Of a stretch of 64,000 nt of DNA, positions 51,258-59,888 are shown in pieces. Origin of the DNA: Bryobacteraceae bacterium (GTDB taxonomy: Bacteria; Acidobacteriota; Terriglobia; Bryobacterales; Bryobacteraceae); the NCBI GenBank assembly GCA_035507655.1, contig DATJNW010000105.1:9660-73659 (forward strand). The letters run 5' to 3'. Made by a program: the position numbers and the translations under genes. Position 1 is the stretch's first letter, and each line of letters begins with the position of its first letter. The notes beneath the pieces are model-generated. The model was not told the origin of the DNA and made no database searches. It saw nothing but the letters and a program-made list of their open reading frames with translations.

Positions 51258-51902
51258 ATGAGTCGACATAACATTTCCGTTTTTGGCATTTATCATAATC
51301 ACGCCGCCGTGGAGCGGGCGATCGAAGTTCTGCGCGAAGCGAGCTTTCGCGCAACCGATATCGCTGTGCTCTATCCGGAAAACGAAGGCACCAAAGATTT
51401 CGGCGTTGAGAAGAACACAAAAGCGCCGGAGGGTTGTGCCGCGGGCGCCGGCGCCGGAGCAGTGTTGGGAGGCACGTTCGCCTGCCTTGTCGGCCTCGGC
51501 TTGCTGGCGATTCCCGCATTGGCGCCCCTGGTAGTCGCGGGGCCGATGGTGAGTGCGCTCGCCGGTGTTGGCGCGGGCGGCGTCCTCGGGGGACTTATCG
51601 GGGCGCTCGCCGGATCCGGCGTGCCGGAGTACGAAGCGAAGCGTTATGAGGGTTTAATCCGGCGCGGGAGTATTCTGGTGTCGGTCCACTGCGACAATGC
51701 AGACTGGGCGCAGCGCGCGAGAAAGATTTTTCGGGATGCGGGCGCGGAAGATATCGCATCGGCCGTCGAGGCGCGTGGCGATTTCGCTCGAAGCGACCGG
51801 CCGAGGCCTCGTCACGCCTCCGGACGTTTTCCCAGCCCACCGCGCGCGGAAACGGCGGAGGAGATGGAGGCGCGCTCTCGCGAGGAGCAGCGGGTTCTGT
51901 AG
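51258..51902 (+). CDS. YflT/general-stress-protein-like membrane protein with a glycine-zipper segment
   Basis: 214 aa. N-terminal ISVFGIYHNHAAVERAIEVLREASFRATDIAVLY. Gly/Ala-rich TM core. PEYEAKRYEGLIRRGSILVSVHCDN. Confidence 0.6.
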   Translation: MSRHNISVFGIYHNHAAVERAIEVLREASFRATDIAVLYPENEGTKDFGVEKNTKAPEGCAAGAGAGAVLGGTFACLVGLGLLAIPALAPLVVAGPMVSALAGVGAGGVLGGLIGALAGSGVPEYEAKRYEGLIRRGSILVSVHCDNADWAQRARKIFRDAGAEDIASAVEARGDFARSDRPRPRHASGRFPSPPRAETAEEMEARSREEQRVL

Positions 51903-51930
51903 TGTCCGTTTGAAAAAGCCACGCGGCAAG

Positions 51931-52096
51931 AACAACTTACAAGCGGGGATGGAGGAGAGTTTTTTCGGCAGAGTTAGCAGGGTGCTGAAAAAGGGGACAG
52001 ACTACTCTGTCCCCGCCTTTAAGTTATTCATGCCCCGTGCGACCATGGCCGTGGACAGAGCGGTCTGTCCCCTTTTTCAGCACCCTGTTAGAGGTC
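51931..52096. repeat. MITE-like palindromic repeat, copy 2 (119-bp core at 51973-52091 plus a partial flanking copy)
   Basis: Left end GTTAGCAGGGTGCTGAAAAAGGGGACAGAC and right end GTCTGTCCCCTTTTTCAGCACCCTGTTAG are near-perfect inverted repeats (24 consecutive matching nt). Internal hairpin GGGGACAG-ACTACT-CTGTCCCC. Related to 39041-39126. Confidence 0.55.
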
Positions 52097-52315
52097 AGTT
52101 ATGCGGATGCGGTGGGACGTTAAGTGACTCCTGAGCGCCTGCCAGGCCGATCGGTATTCCTGTTTCCCCTGAATCAATAACAGGATAAACAGGTTTCGCT
52201 CCTGCTCCGCCCGCGCGGATTTCAAGGCTTCTCCGAGACTTTCAAGCCGCCAGGCGGACTCAAAGTAGAATTGCAGCAAGTCTTTACAGACTTGACATTG
52301 CCGTTTTTCGATCAC
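52088..52315 (-). CDS. hypothetical small protein (possibly truncated; stop codon lies inside the repeat element)
   Basis: 75 aa from a GTG start. Contains CQVCKDLL and QEYRSAWQALRSHL, which resembles EEYSAAIQSLRGLE in ORF 52645-52854. Visibly lower-GC region. Confidence 0.3.
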   Translation of the reverse strand: MIEKRQCQVCKDLLQFYFESAWRLESLGEALKSARAEQERNLFILLLIQGKQEYRSAWQALRSHLTSHRIRITDL

Positions 52316-52384
52316 CTGATCGTCTGCTGTGTAGCGGATTCGCCAACTTGCGCCAACCCCGCTTCCGTTTATCTTTCTGCTTCA

Positions 52385-52549
52385 TCACTTTGTCGATGTC
52401 CCGTCCTTTTTTACCGGCGGGTCCGCGCCTCTCTGCTCACGCTGCACCTGCTTTTTCTTAAGTTCCCCCAGCTCCTTTGCGCATTCCGGGCAGATCGGGG
52501 GAATGTCATCCAGGCGCATCTCTTTTCCACAGCGGAAGCATCGTTCCAT
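52385..52549 (-). CDS. small zinc-ribbon protein (54 aa, below the ORF-track cutoff)
   Basis: My manual translation gives MERCFRCGKEMRLDDIPPICPECAKELGELKKKQVQREQRGADPPVKKDGTSTK, with CxxC-N11-CxxC. RBS GAAGGA 6 nt upstream. Tandem TGA TGA stops. Confidence 0.45.
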   Translation of the reverse strand: MERCFRCGKEMRLDDIPPICPECAKELGELKKKQVQREQRGADPPVKKDGTSTK

Positions 52550-52644
52550 CACATCCTTCTTATCCTTCGACGCTTAAGGGACGCAATATGCTACTGGTAC
52601 TAGAAGATGTAGTCCGTGCAGTGCGCCAGACCAAAATTCAGAAG

Positions 52645-52854
52645 TTATCTGGAAATGGTCAGCCGGAAGCGATTCGAATCGGGAGAGATTTCGCGGGTCG
52701 GGAAACCGGACGCGATCAGCAGCTTCCGGTGGGCGTTGTGCGCCTGCAGGAGTACATCTTTCAAGCGCTTCCCCTCCAGTCCCCGAAGTGACTGAATGGC
52801 GGCGCTGTATTCTTCAGCAGCGGACACGGCCTGTTGAGAATGCAGGTTTTTCAT
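52645..52854 (-). CDS. hypothetical small protein
   Basis: 69 aa. AGGA-type RBS. First ORF downstream of tRNA-Val on the same strand. No recognisable family. Confidence 0.35.
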   Translation of the reverse strand: MKNLHSQQAVSAAEEYSAAIQSLRGLEGKRLKDVLLQAHNAHRKLLIASGFPTREISPDSNRFRLTISR

Positions 52855-52931
52855 TCTCGTCCTGTGAATAGATCATCGGCCGGCCCTGAACGTTTCAGTA
52901 GAGGAGGTTGCAGTCCGGATGCTGAAATGAA

Positions 52932-53008
52932 TGGTGGGCGCGACAGGACTCGAACCTGTGACCTCCTGCGTGTGAAGCAGGCGCTCTAACCAACTGAGCT
53001 ACGCGCCC
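52932..53008 (-). tRNA. tRNA-Val (anticodon CAC), CCA encoded
   Basis: The minus strand reads GGGCGCGTAGCTCAGTTGGTTAGAGCGCCTGCTTCACACGCAGGAGGTCACAGGTTCGAGTCCTGTCGCGCCCACCA. It folds as a cloverleaf with a 7-bp acceptor stem, anticodon loop TTCACAC and a GGTTCGAGTCC T-arm. Confidence 0.9.
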
Positions 53009-53027
53009 GGCTTGTGGGCTTCTTTTG

Positions 53028-53055
53028 ATTTTAAAACACTTCCGGAATTTTTGAA
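53028..53055 (-). promoter_or_regulatory. possible sigma-70-type promoter of tRNA-Val
   Basis: The minus strand reads TTCAAA-N16-TAAAAT, ending about 20 nt upstream of the tRNA 5' end. A/T-rich context. Confidence 0.25.
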
Positions 53056-53345
53056 ACTCTCGCGCAAGCGCAAACGAGCACTGCCCGGTGCTCGGATCGA
53101 GTAGCGGTGCATCGGCGCGACTCTGTGGCAATCTGGACCCGCTGCGCGGCTAGGGCGTCAAAGCTCGATATGCTGGCCGGCATCGTCGGCGAACGGGTCG
53201 CGGTTCAAGCGCGCTTGAGCAGTTACGCGCAAAAAGAGCTCACCAAGCCAGGCGTCGGCTGGCTTGGTTCTCGTTTGGTTGAAATCTGGAACTCGTTCGC
53301 TGATTCATGCCATACCGATTTTCCACTTTGGGGTAGACTGGCTGA

Positions 53346-54743
53346 ATGCGAAAACTTGCTGCGATGCTCCTGGCTGCCGCCGTGCTTCCGGCGACCGCGC
53401 AATCGATCGATTGGGATAAGGTTAACGCCGAGGCGTTGCGCCATCTTCAGGATTTGGTCCAGATCGATTCGAGCACGGGACACGAGATCCGCGTGGTTCA
53501 GTACGTCAAGAAAGTGCTGGACGCCGAAGGAATTCCGTCCACGGTGGTGTGGAAGGACCCGGAGCGCGCCGATTTGATCGCGCGCATCAAAGGGAACGGC
53601 TCCAAGCGGCCGCTGCTCATCATGGGCCACAGCGACACGGTAAAAGTCGACGCGGCCAAGTGGAAGATCGCGGGACCGTTCAGCGGCGCGCTGGTGGACG
53701 GGTACATTTACGGCCGCGGCGTGATCGACGATAAAAGCGATCTGTTTGCGGCGCTGATGACCACCATTCTTTTGAAGCGCACCGGCATGAAGCTCGACCG
53801 CGACGTGATCTTCGTGACCGAGTCGGGCGAGGAGGGGGCGTCGGGGTTCGGCATCGGTTACCTGGTGAGCGATCACTGGCCGGAGATCGAAGCGGAGGCG
53901 TGCCTGGCGGAAGCCGGACAGGTGGTGCGGCGCAACGGCACACCGGTGTTCGCCGCGATCGAGACCACCGAAAAAGTGCCGCGCGGGGCCAGGCTGGTGG
54001 CGACGGGCATTTCCGGGCATGGGTCGCGGCCCATGCGCACCAACGCGATCCTGCATCTTTCCGAAGCGGTGACGAAAGTTTCTCTGTGGGACCCGCCGAT
54101 GCGCTTCAACGACACCACCCGCACGTATTTCGAAAAACTCGCGCAGATCAGCCCGCCCGAGGACGCACAGAGATTCCGCGACCTGTTCGATCCGGAGAAG
54201 TCGGCCGCGGTGCGCGAATATTTCGCGGTGCACCAGCCGACGTTTTATTCGATGCTGCACACCTCCATTTCGCCGAATATCATTCAAGGCGGGTTTCAGT
54301 CCAACGTGATTCCGTCCGAGGCCACGGCGACGCTGGACATCCGCGCCCTTCCGGACGAAAACATGCCGGCGTTTTTCGACATGATGCGCAAGGTGATCGA
54401 CGATCCGGCGGTCCAGGTGGTGCCCACCTCGCGCACTGGCGCCGAGCGCCCCATTCCTCCACCGTCGAGCATCACTTCGGAGACTTATCGTCAGCTCGAA
54501 GCGGCATTCGAGAAGGTTTATCACGTGCCGGTTTTGCCGCTGATGCAGACCGGGGCGACGGACATGGCGCAACTGCGCGCCAGGGGCGTGCAATGCTACG
54601 GTGTGGGTCCGATGACCGATGAAGAAGATGGTCCCAAGGGGTTTGGCGTGCACAGCGACCAGGAGCGGCTGCTGGAGGATTCGGCCTACAAGCACCTCCA
54701 GCTTTGGTGGACGGCAGTCACCTCCATCGCCGGGGCGAAGTAG
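53346..54743 (+). CDS. exported M20-family metallopeptidase (dipeptidase/deacylase type)
   Basis: 465 aa with a signal peptide. Contains LLIMGHSDTVKVD and GYIYGRGVIDDKSDLFA (the M20 HxD and catalytic DD/E motifs) and SGEEGAS. Confidence 0.85.
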   Translation: MRKLAAMLLAAAVLPATAQSIDWDKVNAEALRHLQDLVQIDSSTGHEIRVVQYVKKVLDAEGIPSTVVWKDPERADLIARIKGNGSKRPLLIMGHSDTVKVDAAKWKIAGPFSGALVDGYIYGRGVIDDKSDLFAALMTTILLKRTGMKLDRDVIFVTESGEEGASGFGIGYLVSDHWPEIEAEACLAEAGQVVRRNGTPVFAAIETTEKVPRGARLVATGISGHGSRPMRTNAILHLSEAVTKVSLWDPPMRFNDTTRTYFEKLAQISPPEDAQRFRDLFDPEKSAAVREYFAVHQPTFYSMLHTSISPNIIQGGFQSNVIPSEATATLDIRALPDENMPAFFDMMRKVIDDPAVQVVPTSRTGAERPIPPPSSITSETYRQLEAAFEKVYHVPVLPLMQTGATDMAQLRARGVQCYGVGPMTDEEDGPKGFGVHSDQERLLEDSAYKHLQLWWTAVTSIAGAK

Positions 54744-54811
54744 CCGTGTGAAGGGCGTTCGGCGGCGCCGGATTTTCGACGCTGAAGTCAACTCACGGAT
54801 TGACACGAATT

Positions 54812-55241
54812 TTATGCGCTCTCTCTTGGAGCGCCTGCCGCGTCGACGTCCCTGACCGACTCCAGCAGCGGAGCTTCCGGCGAGCGAAGAGTACGAACAT
54901 CACGTATCCGAGGCCGGCCGAAGAAGCGGCTGTACTCGCGATTGAACTGGCTGGCGCTTTCATACCCGACCTCAAAAGCCGCGCTCGCCGCGTCCAGACC
55001 AGCCGTCAGCATCCGCTGCCGCGCCGCGTGCAAGCGAAGCTGTTTTTTGATATTGCAGTGGACTCATCGACGTGAGCACCCGGGAATGATGGTGCAGCGT
55101 AGACACGTCCATACCCGCCAATTGCGCGGAACCTCGACGCGAAGCGTCTTCGGGTAGTTCGCCCTGAGAGCCGCACAGATCCAATTGACGGCGGAGGATC
55201 TGCGGGAGATCGCCACCACCGCATCGAAGATCACGATTCAA
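54812..55241 (-). pseudogene. AraC-family regulator fragment (DNA-binding domain only) with a homopolymer frameshift
   Basis: Frame A reads AQLAGMDVSTLHHHSRVLTSMSPLQYQK. Frame B reads (L)HAARQRMLTAGLDAASAAFEVGYESASQFNREYSRFFG. Removing one T from the T6 run at 55043-55048 restores YQKQLRLHAARQRML. No sensor domain lies upstream. Confidence 0.6.
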
Positions 55242-55318
55242 GGCGCCCGCTATCCCGAGGAACTGGAGCGGATGACGTACCGCTAAAAAGAGGCCAATTT
55301 GAGATCGCTATTCGCAAC

Positions 55319-55951
55319 TCACGGCTTCGGTTGCAAATAATTCTTGATCACCTTGTCGACGTAGTTCTGTGTCTCCGGATACGGCGGCAATCCTTTGTAT
55401 TTCTCCACCGCGCCTTCGCCCGCGTTGTAAGCGGCCAGCGCCTTGATGGCGTCGCCGTTGTACTTGATCAGCAGCTCGCGCAGAAGCCGCGTGCCGGCTT
55501 CGATGTTCTGCGCCGGGTCCTTCGGATCGGCCGCCAGCGCTCGAGCCGTCGAGGGCATCAGTTGCATCACCCCGATCGCGCCTTTGGGAGAAACCGCCTT
55601 CGGGTTCATCGCCGATTCGACTTTCGCCACACTTTCGACAAACCGGGCCGGCAGAGCGTAACGCGCAGCGGCGTCCTTCACCATGGTTTTGGGATCGGGC
55701 GGCGGAGGCGGAGGCGCAGGTTTAGCCGGCTGCGGCGCGGGCGGAGGAGGAACGTAATCGTCGGCTTCAAAACCGGTTACGGCGCTGGCCGGAACCTCGG
55801 TCACGCCGCTGTTGGCAAACAGGCGAACCGTCTGACCGTCGGTTTCGTGCCGCTCCACATGAATTCGCGCGCCGCTCGACAAAATCACGTATTCTCCGGC
55901 AAATACAGGACTTGCCAGCAGCGCGAGGCAACACAAATGGATCCGGTTCAT
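55319..55951 (-). CDS. exported lytic transglycosylase (SLT domain)
   Basis: Contains VESAMNPKAVSPKGAIGVMQLMPSTA..AYNAGEGAV. Signal peptide MNRIHLCCLALLASPVFA from the ATG at 55951. Pro-rich linker. Confidence 0.85.
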   Translation of the reverse strand: MNRIHLCCLALLASPVFAGEYVILSSGARIHVERHETDGQTVRLFANSGVTEVPASAVTGFEADDYVPPPPAPQPAKPAPPPPPPDPKTMVKDAAARYALPARFVESVAKVESAMNPKAVSPKGAIGVMQLMPSTARALAADPKDPAQNIEAGTRLLRELLIKYNGDAIKALAAYNAGEGAVEKYKGLPPYPETQNYVDKVIKNYLQPKP

Positions 55952-55974
55952 CCTCAAGCAGATTAGACGCCGCA

Positions 55975-57120
55975 TCAGTGCGAAGCGTGCAGCGGAGCCA
56001 TCGAAACCATACTTAATCCGGCGATAAACAAAACCAGCATGAACCCGATCATGGCTTTGACGCGTGGTTGGGCGCCCTTGAATTCGCGCCAGACGATCAA
56101 TCCCCACAACGCGCTGACCATGGTGGCGCCTTGGCCCAGCGCATAGCTGACCGCCGGGCCAACCTGCACCGTCACCGGACTGGCCGCGGCCGCGAAGTTG
56201 CAGATTCCGCCGACCATCCAGATCAATCCGCCGGCGATGCCCAGCAGGTGCTGGCGCACTGTGCCCTTCAGATAATCCTTGGTTTGAATGGGCTCGCCCT
56301 CCACCGGGAAATTGAGGAAAAACGGGAGATAGAAGAGGCTCGATATGAGAACGCCTACCCCGAAAAGCAGGGCCAGCGAATACGGCGCCAGGCCGATCTC
56401 GCCCTGCCGCGACAATTCGAGCATCGGATAAAACGCGCCCATCAACAGACCGCTGACAATGCTTAATAGGATGCCGCGGGCGGCGCCGGTCGGCTTTGGC
56501 GGCCGCTTTTTCGCCCGGGGATCGATTTGCAGAGCCGCTTTCTTGGCCGCGTCTTCCTGATCATCCAGGTAACCGCTATAGGCGAACGCGTCCACGATGA
56601 TGGCCCCCACCACCAGAAACACGCCGCCAAACAACAGGATCGGATTGCCTTGCGGATTGAGCGCGTAATTCCAGACGACGCCCTCGACCAGCGCCAGCCC
56701 GATGCCGATCGGAAACGCCACGGCCATGCCGGAAACAGCGATGGCCGCTACCAGCAGCATGTTGGCCAGATTGAAGACGGCGCCGGCCGCACCGGCCCAC
56801 AGCATTTCGCGCTTGCCGGCGATCAGCAGATTGTCGCTGAAGGTCAATTCCTGAGGCAGCCACTGTCCCGCGGTATAAGCGGCGATCACGGCGCACAGCA
56901 GAAGGCCCAGCGAATAGTCGTAGTAATATAGCTCAAAGCGCCATTTCCCGGATAGTTTTTGGGTGTTGGCCCAGGACCCCCAACAAAACATGGAAATAAT
57001 CAGCAGCGCCAGGGCGGCCCCATAGGTATTAGGAAGAATCATATCCGCAACGCCGTCTTGCCATACGGGAAACGCACTAAAGCTTTTCCCGCCTTCATCC
57101 GAATCAAAAGGATAGTTCAT
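55975..57120 (-). CDS. polytopic membrane transporter, probably a DMT-superfamily sugar transporter (GRP/RhaT-like)
   Basis: 381 aa with about 10 TM segments in two halves. N-terminal LIISMFCWGSWANTQK resembles GRP-family sugar transporters. The assignment is tentative. Confidence 0.55.
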   Translation of the reverse strand: MNYPFDSDEGGKSFSAFPVWQDGVADMILPNTYGAALALLIISMFCWGSWANTQKLSGKWRFELYYYDYSLGLLLCAVIAAYTAGQWLPQELTFSDNLLIAGKREMLWAGAAGAVFNLANMLLVAAIAVSGMAVAFPIGIGLALVEGVVWNYALNPQGNPILLFGGVFLVVGAIIVDAFAYSGYLDDQEDAAKKAALQIDPRAKKRPPKPTGAARGILLSIVSGLLMGAFYPMLELSRQGEIGLAPYSLALLFGVGVLISSLFYLPFFLNFPVEGEPIQTKDYLKGTVRQHLLGIAGGLIWMVGGICNFAAAASPVTVQVGPAVSYALGQGATMVSALWGLIVWREFKGAQPRVKAMIGFMLVLFIAGLSMVSMAPLHASH

Positions 57121-57146
57121 CTTACACCAGATCCGGGAGGTTAAAA

Positions 57147-58262
57147 ATGGTGAGAAGGCTTTGGCCGCTGCTATCGCTCACCATGGCTCTCTTGTCCGGG
57201 CAAAGAGCCAAACCGGTTTACGATCCGGAGACCAGGGACGGTCTGCTGATCCAGCACATCGAGCAGGAAACCGATCCGGCGCAGAAACTCGGCTATATGG
57301 AGCAATTCGCGTCGGCATATCCAAAACATCCCGCCATCGCCTGGGTTTACGATCAGCTTCAGCCGGCCTATTTCGACGCGAAATCGTGGGACCAGGTGAT
57401 GCGCATCGGCGAGTTGCGCTTGGCCCTGGAGCCGGAAAATCTGCAAGCGGGTGAGCTGGCGCTGCGCGCGGCTGAAGCCAGCCACGACGCCTCGCGAATT
57501 CTGGATTGGGCGGATCGCGTGTGGCCGCTGGCCAACACGCTCGCCGGCCGCGGCGGCGCGAACTCGGCCGAAGCCCGGCAAACCGCCGGATATGCCGAGT
57601 TTCTGGCGTACTCGACGGCCATCGGCGCCGCGGACCCGCGGCGGCGTCTGGAACTGCTCCAGAATTTCGAGCAGCATATGCCCGGCAGCAAGTACGCCGC
57701 GACCCTGACGCCCGAATATTTCGAGATTTACCAGTCGCTCAACGACGAGCAGAAATCGATCGAAATGGCCGAAAAAGGCCTGGAAAAAGATCCGCAAAAC
57801 GCGGAAATGCTGATGTATTTAGCGGAAATTAACGCTCGCAAGGATGATCCGCATGAGCGCCAGACGGTGATCGCCTACACCACGCGGGCGGTTGGGGCCC
57901 TGGAGCGGATGCCGCGTCCGGCGTCGCTGAGCGAAGACGTATGGACTCGCCGAAAAGCCGCGCTGCTGACGCTGGCGAATTACCTGGGCGGCGTTTCGAA
58001 CAGTCTGAACCACAACTACTCCCGTGCGGACGTCATGCTGCGCGCGGCGGTCGCCGGCATGGGAGAAAACGATCCGCGGCTTCCCGCGGCTTTATACCAC
58101 CTGGGTATGGCCAATTACCGTCTGGCGGAAGCGGGCAACAACCGCAGCCGTCCGGTGGACGCGCTGAAGTTCCTGCGGCGCTGCGCGGAGATTAGCAGTC
58201 CGTTTCAACAGCAGGCTTTGAAGGACGTCGCGGGGATCAAAGCGGAATATAGTCTGCCGTGA
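57147..58262 (+). CDS. exported helical-repeat (TPR-like) protein
   Basis: 371 aa. RBS GGAGG and a signal peptide. Repeated helical hairpins. No catalytic motif. Confidence 0.55.
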   Translation: MVRRLWPLLSLTMALLSGQRAKPVYDPETRDGLLIQHIEQETDPAQKLGYMEQFASAYPKHPAIAWVYDQLQPAYFDAKSWDQVMRIGELRLALEPENLQAGELALRAAEASHDASRILDWADRVWPLANTLAGRGGANSAEARQTAGYAEFLAYSTAIGAADPRRRLELLQNFEQHMPGSKYAATLTPEYFEIYQSLNDEQKSIEMAEKGLEKDPQNAEMLMYLAEINARKDDPHERQTVIAYTTRAVGALERMPRPASLSEDVWTRRKAALLTLANYLGGVSNSLNHNYSRADVMLRAAVAGMGENDPRLPAALYHLGMANYRLAEAGNNRSRPVDALKFLRRCAEISSPFQQQALKDVAGIKAEYSLP

Positions 58263-58301
58263 AATGAGGAGTGGGAGTGGATGGCGGCTCCCCACTGCCC
58301 G

Positions 58302-58862
58302 CTACCCGGCTAACCGCGTGGGCGACGGCAGTAGCAGCGCATCGCGTCGATCCGAACAGAGCGATTCGGCCAGATCGACGCCTTTGAGCGTGATAAAATA
58401 CCGGCCATTGTCGGTGCGCTGCACGCATTGGCTTTCTTTGAGGTACCACAACGTGAATTCCAGGTGTTCCCTGGGAACGCCCAGCAGATCCTCGAAATCC
58501 TTCAGCGTCATGCTGGGCTGATCCGGCTGGACGATTCGTTTGCGGTAGAGCAGACTCAGGACGCCGTGGCGCTTGCGGCGCTCCGCCTCGACGCCCTGGG
58601 TGGAGCTGGACTGGTCGAAAATTCTCCAGGCCAGCCGCCGGTGTTCGCGATGCTGCACGTCGTAGGCGGCGCGGCGTTCCGGTTCGCTCAGCACCTGGTA
58701 GGCTTCGCTGACCACGCGAAAAATTTCGACATTGCCGGTTTCCGAATTATCCGGATGATAACGCTGCGCCAGGATGCGGTACACGCGATGCACCGTCTCC
58801 AATTCCGCCGTGGGGCTGAGCTGAAGAATCTCGTAATAGTCTGGCAATCCGCTTGTCTGCAC
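58302..58862 (-). CDS. J-domain (DnaJ-like) protein with a C-terminal winged-helix-like region
   Basis: Contains DYYEILQLSPTAELETVHRVYRILAQRYHPDN (HPD motif). Start is taken at the GTG at 58862 (or the TTG at 58847). The upstream part of ORF 58302-59444 is antisense to the beta-lactamase-like gene. Confidence 0.75.
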   Translation of the reverse strand: MQTSGLPDYYEILQLSPTAELETVHRVYRILAQRYHPDNSETGNVEIFRVVSEAYQVLSEPERRAAYDVQHREHRRLAWRIFDQSSSTQGVEAERRKRHGVLSLLYRKRIVQPDQPSMTLKDFEDLLGVPREHLEFTLWYLKESQCVQRTDNGRYFITLKGVDLAESLCSDRRDALLLPSPTRLAG

Positions 58863-58958
58863 CCACTTTTTTATACGAAGTTCGGGCCTCGCTTGCCATA
58901 GGTATTTGGTCCCCCTTCCGGTTACCGCAGGCGAGTACTTTCGTATTAAGGTATACAG

Positions 58959-59844
58959 ATGAAAACCATTGCGGCTCTTTTCTGCGCGTCGCTGATGGCC
59001 GCGGCGCAACCTGCATCCCTCGCCCGGCTCCAATCGAATATCGAACGGCTTACGCGATCGGTGAACGCGAAATGGGGCATTTACATGAAATGCCTGGAGA
59101 CCGGCGAGGTAATCGCCATCCACGCGGACGAGCCGATGGAGACGATGAGCGTCATCAAAATCCCGCTGATGGTGGAGGCCTTTCCGGCAGATCGGCGAAG
59201 GCAAATTTAACCTGACCGATCGGGTGACCATTACGGACGCGGATAAACGCCCCGGGACGGGCGTCATCCGGTCGCTCGACGCGGGCGCGAACCTGACCAT
59301 CAAGGATTTGCTCACGTTGATGATTATTGTCAGCGACAACACGGCGACGGATCTGATGTACGGAAAAATCGGCGGGCCGGCGGCGGTGAATGGCGAGATG
59401 GACCGCCTGGGATTCAAGACCATTCGCGCGCAGCGGACGGGCAAGGAATGGTTCGCGGCGCTCGCGGCGGCGCCGTCGGCGGAGGAGTTTTACCGGCAGG
59501 GAAAGACTCCGTTCGGATTATCGTCGCCGCGGGAAATGGGGATGCTGCTCGAAAAAATCAAGCGCGGCGAAGCGGTGAGTCCGGCCGCGAGCGAGCAGAT
59601 GCTGCGAATGCTGCGCGGGCAGGTGTATACCACGCGGCTGCCGAAATATGTCACCGGATTTCGCGTGGCGCATAAAACCGGGGATTTTCTGCCATATGTC
59701 GGAAATGATGTGGGAATTCTGGAAAGTCCCAAGAGAAATATTGTTTTGTGCGTATTTACGGGGCAGCATTATGGCGTGGGGACCTATCTCGAAGACGCGA
59801 TCGGACGGATTGCGGAACTGGTCGCGAACTATTACGGCTCGTAA
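58959..59844 (+). pseudogene. class A beta-lactamase-like serine hydrolase, interrupted by a +1 frameshift
   Basis: Signal peptide, then SxxK (MSVIK), SDN (VSDNTATD) and KTG (HKTGD) motifs, split over ORFs 58959-59210 and 59224-59844. Deleting one C at 59184/59185 gives the continuous sequence EAFRQIGEGKFNLTDRVTITD. Confidence 0.7.
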
Positions 59845-59888
59845 TTTCGAAAAAATCGGAGTTTTTGAAACCTCTTCCCGCCACGGTT

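Noticed and set aside
52382-52387. The zinc-ribbon ORF and the downstream 75-aa ORF are in the same frame, separated only by TGA TGA; I considered stop-codon read-through or selenocysteine recoding.
   Set aside because: Tandem stops argue against read-through, and I saw no SECIS-like hairpin immediately downstream. The shared frame is most likely coincidental.
52855-53345. Integrated prophage or genomic island at tRNA-Val.
   Set aside because: There is no integrase, no phage genes, and I could find no direct repeat of the tRNA 3' end within the window. Only the small-ORF islet is reported.
58863-59444. N-terminal half of the 380-aa ORF 58302-59444 (-).
   Set aside because: This half is antisense to the beta-lactamase-like gene, which carries the SxxK/SDN/KTG motifs. 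The J-domain begins only near 58850, so the J-protein was shortened to 58302-58862.
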